The notes under the pieces are model-generated. The model saw nothing but the letters and a program-made list of their open reading frames with translations, did no database searches and had not been told where the DNA came from. Position numbers and translations under genes: made by a program. 64,000 nt of DNA from Balanoglossus misakiensis (Eukaryota; Animalia; Hemichordata). Location of the stretch: NCBI GenBank assembly GCA_040954595.2, contig CM082591.2, forward strand, positions 1,337,645 through 1,401,644, written 5' to 3'. This document shows positions 25,101 to 37,689 of this stretch, in pieces; within the stretch, counting starts at the first letter, position 1, and every line of letters starts with the position of its first letter.

Positions 25101-28100
25101 ATTCAGAAGGCAGTAAGTGAAATGTGGGGAGACAAAATAAGAAGCCTACGTGATCTTCCAGCAGAGCAGTGTGAAGTGATTGAAAGTACTCAACTTGGAC
25201 AAATTAAATTCCGTCGAAAATCAAAAGAATTACGGATTGCCTCAGGGTAAGGCTGCATGTTGAAGTTTTAGATCATCTGGGATCAAACAGATCTTTATGG
25301 TTATCATGATTTGTATGTAGCCTGTTGTCATAAATTAGTTTGGGGATGTTTTCTATCCATCCTCTATTTCGCTATTGACATGTCACTATTCGAATTACAC
25401 ATGACTGCATGGACTGAAATTTGTAGAAAGATTGTAAGATATTCATGTATATCACAACATAACATTAACTTAGTATGTGCAGTACAACTCGCCAGTAGAT
25501 TACTGCAAGGTGACTAACAATAGACCATTTCATGTCGAGTATGTAAACAAAATCTTGCATGAAGCAAAAACTTATTTAATTATTCACATTTGCTCCAGCT
25601 AGGTTATGAATCCAGGAGTAATTTGATTCATGTCTGAAATTGTAGATGTCACGGGACTGTTGTATACCTTGGGTATTGTGCCAAGAACGACTGTGGAGTA
25701 GCAGTGAAGTGTATCCCTCATATTGATGATGAAGTGGCCAAATGCATACAGAGCGAATGTGATGTCTTCAATAAACTTGATACAGAGGTTGAGAACATCG
25801 TCAGATGCTATGTAAGTAATATATTTTAGAATATAGAACATTATATATACCAGGTATGTTGAAATAACTTGAATGCATACTGTCAATGCATGCCATCTTT
25901 TAATATCGTCATAAACATCAATACACACAATTGCCAGTAGTTTAAGTCACTAGAATCCTGGTACACATAGACAAATACAACACATTACTAGGCCATGAAA
26001 ACAATAGCTGGAAGTAACTGACATTAATTGGAAACCGAATTTTGATCCGTAGCTCAATATCAAATTGGTTGTATTTTTTTGTAGGACACGATTGAGAAAG
26101 ACAGCTATACATACTTAGTACAAGAACTTTGTGAAAAGACCTTAAAACAGCATGTGGAATTGTTGACCAGTGACGGTAGACTACAGAAGGAAGCAAAAAG
26201 AATGATTATTGGAATGTTGAGTGGTTTGAAAGTGCTGCATTCATGCAATCCACAGATTGTTCACAGAGATCTCAAAGTAAGAAAAAATTTATTGTTTTGG
26301 AAATAGTTACTAGTGTCAAGCTTATAAGCATTGTGTGAGTTGAGTCAGCATAGTTATTAGACAGAACATTATTACCATAAATACAAATGATAAAAACAAC
26401 ATACTAGAACTCAACTATTAATACATGTGCATACATACATGCAGTTTTGTGTATGTACTCTTACAAATGTACCGGTTTATGCATTTCCAATGAGTATGTC
26501 TTTTGCCAGTCACAAGAAACTTCACCGTCTGTGGTCATGCCTTCATCCAAGTGTATTTCATTTTTCAACAGCCTGAGAATGTTCTGATTGATTGTGATGG
26601 CAATGTGAAGATTGCAGATTTTGGTATCTGCCGTCCTGTTGATGTTGATGCAACTGCAAGCACATTTTTGACAAGTGGTGCAGGTAAACTCGGTTATTAT
26701 AAAACCTCTGCAATTGAGAATCCTGCAACTATCAACCCAAAGAAGTCAAGGTTCAAAAAGTCAAAATGACTCAAGAAATGAAGACCCATATAAGGTTGAA
26801 ACATTTGTCAATATAAAAAAAAATATTAATATATTCTTCATTGTCTTTCTTTGTACATGAAGGTAGTATGTGTTGGCAAGCAACAGAAGTACTTGAGGGA
26901 TCAATTAATGATGATGGTGGTCCAGATGAAGTGAAACAAGTACACTACAGTCACAGAAGTGATATTCAGGTATAAGCCATTATCATAATTGTCTTGCGAA
27001 CATTTTAAAACTTAATTGTGTGAGCAATTAACACTTAACATCTGTTATGGGTCTCTGTGCAATTTGAATTATATAATATGGGCTGATAGGTGATCTGTAT
27101 GTGTTCTGATTGTTATTCTTGTAACAGGTTGCAGGGATGTTGATGGCCTACATATTATTAGGTGGTGTGCATGCATTTGGGAAAAACCTACGCATGGTGC
27201 TAGATAACATACCGGCAGGAAAGTTTAACCTGGGGAATATCCATACCATTGCTCAACATCTGATTAAGTGGATGCTTAAGGTGAAACGTGAAGACCGACC
27301 TTCAATTGATGAAGTGTTCAGGTAAGAGTGTAGACCTGTCCATATAAGTCTAAGACGTGTGTGTGTGTCATAGTTGCCAAATACTCCTATGTTAATGCAT
27401 AAACTACAACTCAAAATGAGCATCACAATTTACAGCAACATATATTTTCTGTAATTGTGCTAAATGTGTTTTTTTCCAGCCATCCATATTTCTGGGATTC
27501 ACAGAAGTGTCTACATTTCCTTGTTACTGTAGCAACTGAAGTGGAATGCCACAGCAGGTATTAATCCTTAACCCAAATTTTGCACCATTTTATCACAGAA
27601 AATTGGGTGTTTAAAGTGCTTAACTTTCCAACATACTGTGTGTGACATGGACACACATCTACCATCTACCATTTTTGACATCATCATCATCATCACAACT
27701 ATAATTTTAATATAGACCCATCACAATTGAACATACAATATCTGCGTAGAAATGATGTGAATGGAAAAATAACAAACTTATAAAAATACAAATAATGTTT
27801 ACGATTGTTAAGTATTTTACAACTGTATTTACAGTTTATATAAGTTTGTGTGAGGGTTGATCTATTTATATCTTCTTTTTCTAGTGGAGGCCTTCAAAGT
27901 TTCCACACTGAAGTAAATAAAGATTGGGTGAGTTTTAAAACTAATTTTTACTTTCTATTTTATTGTTGAATTGTGGAACTGAAAGTCAATCAGCTGTGGT
28001 TCATACATGACTTTATTTTGTGTCCAACCCTGTCTCATAAATGGTTCTTTTATGTTGTGGGAAAAAGTTTGTGAGGAATGATTAGCTCTTAACAAAATCA

Positions 28101-28699
28101 AAGTGGACAAGAACTTGATAACATTGATGTCTTAATTTTTGTACATAAATGTAGCATGAAAAAGCAACCAGTGGACCATATCAGAGTTTGCTTCAAGCTG
28201 AATGCACCGGTACAATTGTGGATTTTCTGAAGTTTACAAAGAACTGCACTGACCACCAGGATAGGTGAGCAGAATCTTGATTCTTTAAAGTTAACATTAA
28301 GCAAGATGTCGGCAAGTGCAAAGTTGATGGAAATAAGGTAGATGGTGTAGATGGTTTGGGAAGGAATGGTCTTCTGTATACTAGTACTTTGTGTTCACCT
28401 CCATGGATTCAATTTTACTGAAAATTGTACAAGGATAGCACTAATATTTCACTTAAAAATATCTCTTTCAGTGTAGATTCAAAGTCTAGTTTCCATGCTA
28501 ATAAGCTGTCATTAAATATTAACTTGTGATTTCTTTTATATGTTTTTATTTCAGCAATGAAGCAAAAAGTGTTAGTGATTATATCCTGGCTGAATTCTCT
28601 GACATGTTTGTCCATGTTTATGACGCAGTGCATCAAACCAGGAAATTACCAGACCAAGACAACTGGACTGCCATTGACTGTATGAAACCATACTTCTAA
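22110..28699 (+). CDS. Gene B: DED + GT4-like + IRE1/RNase L-family Ser/Thr kinase + KEN ribonuclease-like domain (~1153 aa)
   Basis: 14 exons join in phase without stops: 22110-22176, 22360-22926, 23063-24313, 24495-24757, 25080-25246, 25646-25811, 26085-26276, 26572-26683, 26863-26969, 27128-27321, 27480-27557, 27885-27927, 28155-28264, 28555-28699. DED-like: FKGYIFSLSQKISNEQLKSLVKL...DPYDLFEKLTSHGHLS...LVHLLEKANCQDIADEV. Kinase: IASGCHGTVVYLG, VAVK, ELCEKTL, HRDLKPENVL, IADFG, GSMCWQATE, SDIQVAG. KEN: HPYFWDSQKCLHFL, DFLKFTKNCTDH, YILAEFSDMFVHVYDA...PYF*. Confidence 0.88.
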
Positions 28700-30506
28700 A
28701 TGGTCAACCATCTCAGTCATAGACAATAGTGTGTATCCACGAGGTCCTATTGTTTATAACAGCAAAAACAGATGGTAACCATTTTCACAAGGAAAGGTTT
28801 TTCCAATATTTTTCAAACGTGAGTATTTTCATACAATGTTCAGGTGAAATACCTGAAAGAGACAATTTATTATTCCTGGTTGCAACTATCATATTCCTGA
28901 TTTTAAGTTCTAGACACCATCTTTGAATCTCTTTTATTTGCGTTGTTTTGTTTCTTTCTTTCGTACAATCTATGTATTCTTGTCCATTTTATGTCCATGT
29001 GCTGCCATGTTAAGCATATCTTTCCATTTATACTTTGATAATAGTCATCAGTACTTTGAATCTGTGAAGATCTGAATATAATGTTTTGTGTTCTCTTGCA
29101 GTAGTTTGTAGTAAATGATTACAGTACCTGTTTATTATTCAACTTTCTCATATTTAAACATCTACCACAATCAAAGGTTGAAAGTATGTTTGTGTATACC
29201 AATCAGTCAGCTTTCTTATATGGACCAATCTAAGTTTGAATTGAAATTTTAATCAAGAAAAAAATGGCAGCTCATGGGCTTTGATGGTTTAGATAATTGT
29301 TTAATAATGAACACAACAAGAGTGTAATGTACCACATCAGAATTTTTGTTTTAGACTTTTCTTTTAATTGTTATTTTTTTTTCTATAATGTTTATCATGT
29401 AAGACAGTTTATTTGCTTATGTTCTAGTCCTTATTTATATTATTTTATATTTTTTATTCATTTAGAAATCAAGAAGTGTCTAAGTTTTATCATCTTTTGC
29501 CAATTGTAAGTTCTATGGATGCATTGTATTGCATGATTAGATGGTACAATTCATGTACCATACATATTGGTGTTTTCAACCTTTCATGTTGGAGACACAC
29601 TGATATATTTCGATGAACACAATGTAACACCTAGGCATAAACTGTGAATGCTTTCTTCCTTTGCTGCTGTAGGAAATAAAATGTGTTGAACAAAGATGTC
29701 AAAGTCTTTCATTATCATCAAACAAGTTGTCACAGATACTACTGGTACAGAATTTCCACAAGTATGCAGGTAAGGCCCCAACCAGATTACAGATTCTCTG
29801 TTATGTAGTCCCTGCTCTGTCCTGTCCGTCCCTGCATCCATCATAAAAGATGTGCACCTGGATTTTTTTTTAAATGTAGCACTTATCGTAAGGTTTAATG
29901 ATATAGCTACATTTACCTGATGTGACACAATACCTTATGTCATTAAGTAAAAGTATTGAAAAATGTGAGAGAGTTGTATGAATGTAGTACCCAAAATAGC
30001 ATATATTCTGTAACATTGGACATCATACCCAACAGTGGAAAGGTTGCAATTTTATTTTGATAACAGATTTAGTCGTTGATATGATAATATTTACAGAAAT
30101 TTTTAAAGACAAAATACAATATATTGTGAAGACTCGTTGGCATGTTATCAAGTTGTCGCTGGTAAAAAGCTTTGATCATGAAAATGCTAAAAAAAGCTAA
30201 GAATCGCAAAAGTGCACAAAAAGACAACATTTCAAATTTATATATTTCCTATCAAAATATAGTTCATTTCTGGTAGAAAAATAGTATCCATCTCTGTAAA
30301 CGTAGTTATGAACATTCACTTAATCAATATAATCTGTAAAAAAAAATTAGTACCGGTATATGTATAAAAATATGCAAACAGTGTTCAGTGTGAAATTCAA
30401 CTGGAACTGTGATCTGTAATAAGTTTTTATTAGTCTTTATTATAATTATCAATGTACCGGTATATCACTGTTCAAATTACATCGCTGTTTAAGGAACCCA
30501 ACTTCT

Positions 30507-33195
30507 TTATATGATCAAGTTGTCATTAACAAGATACATTCCCATGTATGTCGACTCCTGACTACAGTCTAACTCCACTTCACTGCTTGGTAGGTACACC
30601 TTCATGAAGATCTTATCCCCTTCTCGAAGTTTAAACAAACCTGAATGGAAACTGCTATAGTAATTGCTGATGCCATCTTCGATGCGTACACTTTTCATAA
30701 GATCGATGGTATCTGCTGAATATGATGGGCTGTCTGTTAAAAGGAGGTTTAAATTAGCATAATGTGTGGTGTTTTATCCATTCATTGGATGTTGGATGCA
30801 ATTGGACGTTTTTGGTTTCCTTTCAAGTTCTGGTTCAAAGTATACCGGTAGTTGGATCAAACTGTGACATTAGGAAACTCTCCAATTACATGTTAACACA
30901 CATACAGGCATGTATCATATCCGGAACTGTGGGTTACTTGTGTCATGTAATATATTTACCTAACACTGTGTAATGAACATATTCTGTGTCTTCTTGGTCA
31001 TCCTCTCTGTAGTCTTGAAAGTAGGCCTGAAAATTAAACATGGAATTGGAATAATTTGTACTACATGTAGTTTAAAACTTTGTCTACCATGTCTGGCAAG
31101 TTAACCAATCAAGAAATCAATCAATCAGTCCATCAATTGATCGAGCATTCAAAACTGAATCAATTGCAATGCAATGGACAGTTCAAAATTTCCTGGCTAA
31201 AATCTCTTTTTGTGTCAAAGGGATTTAGACTTTTAGTGTCTCTGTACTCACTTGTGAATAGACATGATAGAGTCCAGACTTTGGAACAATCAAGTGATGG
31301 CCATCGCTTAAAACATTTTCGTTGAATGCTGTCCCATAAGTGGCTTCCCAGCGACCAACTTTGACTGTACTTCCGGTTTGAAAAGTTTCAAGGACTTTGT
31401 CTGCGAGGATTGTGAAAGAAACGTGGTGATATCACTTGGAAGGAAAGTTGTTTTCCGAACTTGAATACACATTTTAATGCTGATTATATTTCTCTGTCTC
31501 TTTAATTTCAAAACAAGGCGAGCTCTGCTGTAGTGTTGGACTTTCACTTTTGCTTCAATTTCATAGAATCAGGCTATTTCGGTTGAAGATCTTTTGCTTC
31601 GTACAAACGACAAAACGAAAGCTATGCAATTCTCATGAATTGAAGCAGTGTTTGTACGATTGTATTGAGTGAAAAGTTTCCAGAAGCATTATATCATTCT
31701 ACTCTGAAAAAGAAAGTGAAAGAATTGAACTGTTGGTGTTGGTTGCACAACTTTACAATTAAGCCTGTCTCTTCTTTTTTTGGAAAGTTACGTTTCCGAT
31801 TGTCCAGTCATGTTGGTTTTTGTCTACAACGCCTTTGACTTCAGGGTGTTGCTGGTTTACTTGCTTGACTTTCCAGTCACTCCTTTTGTCCCAAGTCCGT
31901 TTTAAATTTCAAATAAGTCCTTTGACGTCAATTTCCGTGTAAGCTATTTTCCCTCGACTTTGTTTCTATCCGAATATTTGCTTTTGCATTACTCCGACTT
32001 ATCGTGAACTCAACGAAAATCAACTTTATTTGAAAACATATCAACAGCCGCTGTAAGTTCATTCTGATCAAGACTGGCGGCCATTTTGTACAATAACAAT
32101 GATCGTTACCAACTATCGTATCCTTTTATTCGGCTATTCCCTTGTAATTGTCCTAACAAGATATTGCCATACTTACTCCCTCCGAAGCAACCACTAGTCC
32201 CTGTCACGTGGGTAGCAACGGGAACACTGTTCCCACTCCCTGAAGATGGCTGTGAGCTTGTTCTATTTCGATTAAGCAGATATTCAACATATCTTCCAAT
32301 AGCTCCAAGAGTTAATTGATTTCCATCTAGAAATAATTAACAAGATAACCCGGAACGCACGGAGAATAATTATAGTTTCGTGATTTTGTTTAATTTTTAT
32401 GGTTATTTTTCGTTCTTGACTTCCTCAAAGATCAGGATAATTTATGAACACACGGAAACGCGTAAAAGCCAAAACTCTCTGTGAAACAAGTCCAAACGTA
32501 TCTAAACTGTATTTTATTGGCGGTTTTGAGCACTTCAGTGAAAATAGCACGACAGTGAAGGAGGTAGCGTAAATATATTTTACCTGATGCATATTCTCTA
32601 TTCCATCTTCGTTTCTCCTCTTCCAAGATTGTTGATATCATCTAATATGACACGGAATGCAGACGTTTCATTAGGGCCTGGGCAGAATTAACGGGGGGGG
32701 GGGATACCAATCACAAGTTGCATGAGTCAATCGAACACAAATTCATTTTGTGTCACCCTGTTTTGGCATTGGGTGATGGGGGGGGGGGTCACCCACTTTT
32801 CCATGTTCAATGGGGGTCAGTCACTTTTTGATATCCACAAAATACAATCCACCCCCACCGGCCAAAGAAACTGACCAGCTAAGAATTTGCCACTAATAAA
32901 AACATATTACCATTAATAGGGTTTCCTGGTTTGCAGAACAACACTGTAGTAAATTCTGATTGTCGTTCGCATCGTTTGTGTTCTTGTGTTGAGCGCTGTT
33001 ACAGATACACTCGGTTGACGCTGCATAGCTTTTCAAATGCTCGAGTTCTTGATGCAGTTTAGATACGTTGCCTCGAATGTAGACGCACAGTATTACGATG
33101 ACAAGTCCATAGATAAGAATTGGGACAATTATTTGCAAAACAGCAAAAAGTGAGGTCCTCGTTATAAAGTTAGTGTCCTTCTTTTCGTTCGGCAT
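30507..33195 (-). CDS. TNF-superfamily ligand 1 (TRAIL/TNFSF10-like type II membrane protein)
   Basis: Six exons (~33195-32915, ~32641-32583, ~32327-32173, 31400-31252, ~31027-30961, ~30734-30507). N-terminal TM helix, VATHVTG, RWEATYGTAF, LIVPKSGLYHVYSQAYF, DLMKS, YSSFHSGLFKLREGDKIFM, TYMGMYLV. Confidence 0.9.
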
Positions 33196-33476
33196 ATTTG
33201 TGCTCGATGACCACACTCTGCAGACGCCTCGACGGGGTTTCCTCTATGTGGGGAAACAAGACTACCAGAATTCTAACGGCATGGACGGTGTAAACGTAAA
33301 GTCTGTCATCAAAGAAGCAATGATCAATGTCTATTTTTAACTGTAGCACAGTAACGACTGTGTCAGCTGAACCGCTGAAACTTACTGGGTATTTGTGTAC
33401 AGTGGCATCTGCATTTTATTTCATGACAACGCGAACGTTTCCAAAAATCGCCCTACTTGGAAAGGATGGGTTATCA

Positions 33477-33525
33477 GTTTCGGTTCACGCGACACAGGCC
33501 TGATAGTTTCGGTTAAAACGAAAGT
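33477..33525. promoter_or_regulatory. Cluster of IRF-like half-site pairs upstream of TNF ligand 1
   Basis: AGTTTCGGTTC, AGTTTCGGTTA and AAACGAAAGT within 50 bp, ~300 bp upstream of the ATG. A kB-like GGGGTTTCC lies at 33234-33242. Confidence 0.4.
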
Positions 33526-34844
33526 TCATCTACAATACAGTAATTCGGTGATTTGACGAAACGACCCTTATAAATCAATCTGCAGGTCTCTTGTGACAAA
33601 CTTAGTGTTTTTGGTTTCGCATCCTACCACTTACCGGTCACTATAATCGCTATTTCTCGCTATTTCTGTCATGGTGACAACCGACCTATATTCGATATCA
33701 GCAAATTCCATAGTGCACTTGTTATAGTACCAATATAGAACCAACAAACATTCTTGTCTAATCTATGAACCCCATATCATTCTCTTCCCCTAATTTACTT
33801 TAAGGTAGTTCGTCTAGATTACGTCGACCGTACCAGTTTGGAAGGGCTGCACCCTTCCTGACTAAACACACCTGACCTGGACGAGTCAGCCTATTACCAC
33901 CCCAACCGATTTAGTGCGCCATCTTCAGTTCAAATTGTGTATTTGTACAAGCGGACGTAACCGATGTTCTGGCTTGTCTACCTCAATGCTCGGTCTACAA
34001 AGTTCTGGAAAAGAGTCGCATATCAACGACTTTACCTGTAATTTACATATAACCATATGCGGTGGCGCTATTTCAGGCGGCCACTCACAGAAAATCTGTA
34101 ATTGACTAGATCTCCACTTGCCATTGTTACTGTGGCTGATTCAACAAAACGATAACCAAAGTTCCAATAGGTCTAGAGAAACAACTCCTGGTAGTGACAC
34201 GTGTACAAGCAGAGCCAGCTTAGAAATGTACCATTAACAAATCAAAATAATCACAGCTAAATCCAATATTACTATTTTCTTTCTTTTATATCAAATACGT
34301 GTAGAATGATTTACACATACAACTGGGGTAACAAAGTTACGAGATTATAAAGTATAAAAATAAAATTACGAAGTTTGATTTCTATAATAGGCAAAGTCAT
34401 GCGTGTATAAAGTAAATTTCAACTTCTGTGTGCGAAATGTTCGCGTTAAATGTTTTAAAGTCGCTCAAAACGAAATGTTATGTACAATTGCAATGTTTAC
34501 ACGGTAAAGAGTTCAATTTGTCCACTAATTAAAATGGCAGCACCAGTGTTCAAGAGCCGATGTGTAGAAATTGAAAATCAGGAACATCACCATCATTTCA
34601 GGGAAAATCACTTCAAAAAAGTTTGCGTTTGTACAGGCAATTGTAGCAATATGTACAGCATTGAATGAATAATGGCAAAATACAAGCGAACACGAAAAAC
34701 TGAAAACAACGATTCCGTTACTTGTAAAAAACCGTCGTATTTTTCTGTATATACAATTTTTAGACAGTAGTAATAATAGTTTTGTAAAAAAATATGTAAT
34801 TTATATACATGTTGGATCAATTTGAAAGGTGCGCATGCGTCAAA

Positions 34845-35493
34845 CTATTCTGGATAATAATCACTGACGAGATACATTCCCATAAATGTTGAATCTTGGG
34901 AACTGTCGATTTTTATGTCCTCGTGTTGTAAGAATACTTTCATGTAGATTTTGTCACCCCGTCTCAGTTTGAACAAACCTGAGTGATAACTGCTGAAATA
35001 ATATCCGTTTTCTGCTCCCCCGTCGAGTTCCTTTGTGCGACCGCTTTTCATCAGGTCTGTGTGTTGAGGTGTGTACGCTGTGCTATCTGTAATGAAGTGA
35101 AATCATAAATACAATGACTGAACTGAACATCAATGAAGTTTCTCAAGAGCAGAATATGGGGGAGGGGCAGTGTTTTCGACATTTCTGACCTGGTTACAGT
35201 CACGCGTTTATGAGATAAGGCTTGATAGAAGCATGGCAAAGTCTCAAAGAACAATCACAAATGGGGTAGATTAGACTGGTGATAGACAAGTCTCATTGTA
35301 TGTTAATTCAAGTACCGATAGTTAGTCCATCTGTATCTTGAAGGACTTGTTTTGAATGTCACTTTACTGTAATTAGCTGCTTACATACCCTGTACTGTAT
35401 AGTGCAAAAACTCGTCGACTGAGAGATCTCGTCTGTCTTGCTCTTGTCTCTCGTCACGGAAGTAAACCTGGAGATAAAACGAGATAATATCAA

Positions 35494-35570
<77 letters not shown>

Positions 35571-35611
35571 ATATTTGTTCAAGTTGCATATTTTTGTTCG
35601 TTTTGTTTGTA

Positions 35612-35663
<52 letters not shown>

Positions 35664-37689
35664 TATTTGTTCAAGTTGCATAAAAAGTCACCCACTCTTT
35701 TTATTGTAAGGACAAATTTAAATACGTAGTTGGAAATGATTGGTAGCCCAAGTAGACCTACCTGTGAGTAGATATAATAAATCCCGTTTTCTGGCACGAC
35801 CATGTGATGAGAATCTATACCAACATCAACACTGAACGACTGGCCACGCTCATATTCCCAGGGTCCAACTTTAAACATTCCACGTTTAAATCGTATTTGC
35901 TTGTCTGTTGAGAACAGAAAAGGCAAACTTAGCGTGTTGTAGTATTAATCGAAGTTAAACGTCATATCAAATTTATTGCATTCTGCATAACCCACTTACT
36001 TTTAACAAAACCATCCTCATGCCCAATGACGTGAGCGCCAATATATTGCACTGATGGGCGAACAGACATCTGCGGCAGTCCCCGGCTGGTCCTGTTGTTT
36101 CTTCTGATGACATCTTGGACAATTCTTTCAATTGTTCTTACTGACACATGGCCTAGATTTCAACCAATAGAAATCAGTGGATATTACATATTTTTGCCCC
36201 AGTTTTGTCTGACTGTATGGTGTCAAGGTTGATGGTCAAATCGGCGGTCTGTATACCCGGATCATGGAAACTTGATTGACATGGAAAAATGACAGGTGCC
36301 AGTTGAGATATTTTAACCCTTTCACCACCATGCATTGTTTGGTCCAAATCAGTTGTTTTCCATGGTGAATGGGTGAACACTGATACTTGTGTGTACATTT
36401 AAATTACCTGGTCGTTGTTTGTTTCTGTTTGATGCGAGGTCTTCCTGGACGACATCGCTGATCAACTAGAGTATAAGAAACAAAAGTGATTATAATGTTT
36501 TGAATTCAAATGTATATGTTTTATTATCAAAAGTAATATTTACATCACATTCTGGAATATTAACTTTATGTTTAATATCTGCCTTTCATTTTACTTTGTC
36601 AGTCGTGCGCATGCGTTCAATAGCCGTCTAGTAGTTAACAATTCTACGAAAACACGAGTGACCTACATCGTCAGGCCTATTTTAAGCTCAGTTCCGGGGT
36701 CGTAATCCGGACACAGTGACCACAATGGTCAATCTGTGCTGTGTCCTTGTTTTTTTTCAATGCGGACTTAAGTGGTCCTTGGCTTAGTTGTCGTTAAAGT
36801 TGCCGAGGGACAACCGACCGCCATGTTTGGTTGCCACTGCATTTAGGAACACAAAGGTTAGGGCAAAATGAAACGAGAAATTTTCGAATTTGTTCGAAAC
36901 AAACTTAAAGGCGGACTGGCCGAAATGCAAATGGCAACCGCATTGGTTGTTTGAAATTCAACACTGAGTCAATAAGAATCGTTGATAAACAACACTGGAG
37001 AATGAGACACATCAGCTTATTTTGTTCGAAAATGGCACCTTCATGGTTCCATCACAGCATCTCCAGACAATTTATGCATTTATAAATTCGGCAAAACTTG
37101 GCTACCACACTCTCCCTACCCTCAGTGACCAACCACGGACCGTGGACCAACTAGACTAGGCTAGGATAGCTATCCAGAACAGCCACACAGCTACCTATCC
37201 AAGTTTAGCCTTCCTTAGCCTTCAATCTGACACTCTGCAGTTCATGTTCAACATTCTCACCTTTCTGACTGTTTCGGAATCTGCCACACAGCAGCTGAGT
37301 AGCCCTGTTGGGTCCTGGGTGCTTTCCCGAGGGTTGCCAAGCTCCTGTCCAGGGCAGTTACAGCCGTTAGGTAGCCAATCCGAAACCTTCTCGTCCACGG
37401 GGTCCGAAGCGGGCTGCTGCAGAGACTGGCGATCTTTCATGTGCTGAATCGACATCTCAAGCCTGGAGATTTCACTTTGAAAGTTCAACACAACTATGCC
37501 GATTACGATCGGGTAAATAAAAAGGATGACGACGATTTGAACGGCGAGGACGACAACAACGGTTGAGGAAAACCTACAAGTGTTGTTTCTATTGTTTATG
37601 GTTTTGTGGTAGCCTAATTCATGATTTGTGCCATCGAGACCGAAGCTATCAGTGCTTCGGTCCCGCTGAATTACTGTATCGCCCTCCAT
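34845..37689 (-). CDS. TNF-superfamily ligand 2 (TRAIL-like)
   Basis: Exons 37689-37261, ~36466-36408, ~36152-35999, ~35904-35762, 35467-35389, ~35086-34845. TM helix, IGAHVIG, GPWEYERGQSF, MVVPENGIYYIYSQVYF, SSYHSGLFKLRRGDKIYM, STFMGMYLV. Confidence 0.92.
35496..35662. repeat. Two (GAT)n microsatellite blocks in a TNF2 intron
   Basis: Pure GAT runs at ~35496-35570 and ~35615-35662, each followed by TATTTGTTCAAGTTGCATA (local duplication). Confidence 0.95.

Noticed and set aside
22110-28699. Calling gene B IRE1/ERN1 or RNASEL
   Set aside because: No signal peptide, luminal domain or TM (IRE1) and no ankyrin repeats (RNase L); orthology cannot be assigned without a phylogeny.
35359-35729. 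Poly-His/Asp/Met/Ile ORFs
   Set aside because: Translations of intronic (GAT)n microsatellites in TNF ligand 2.
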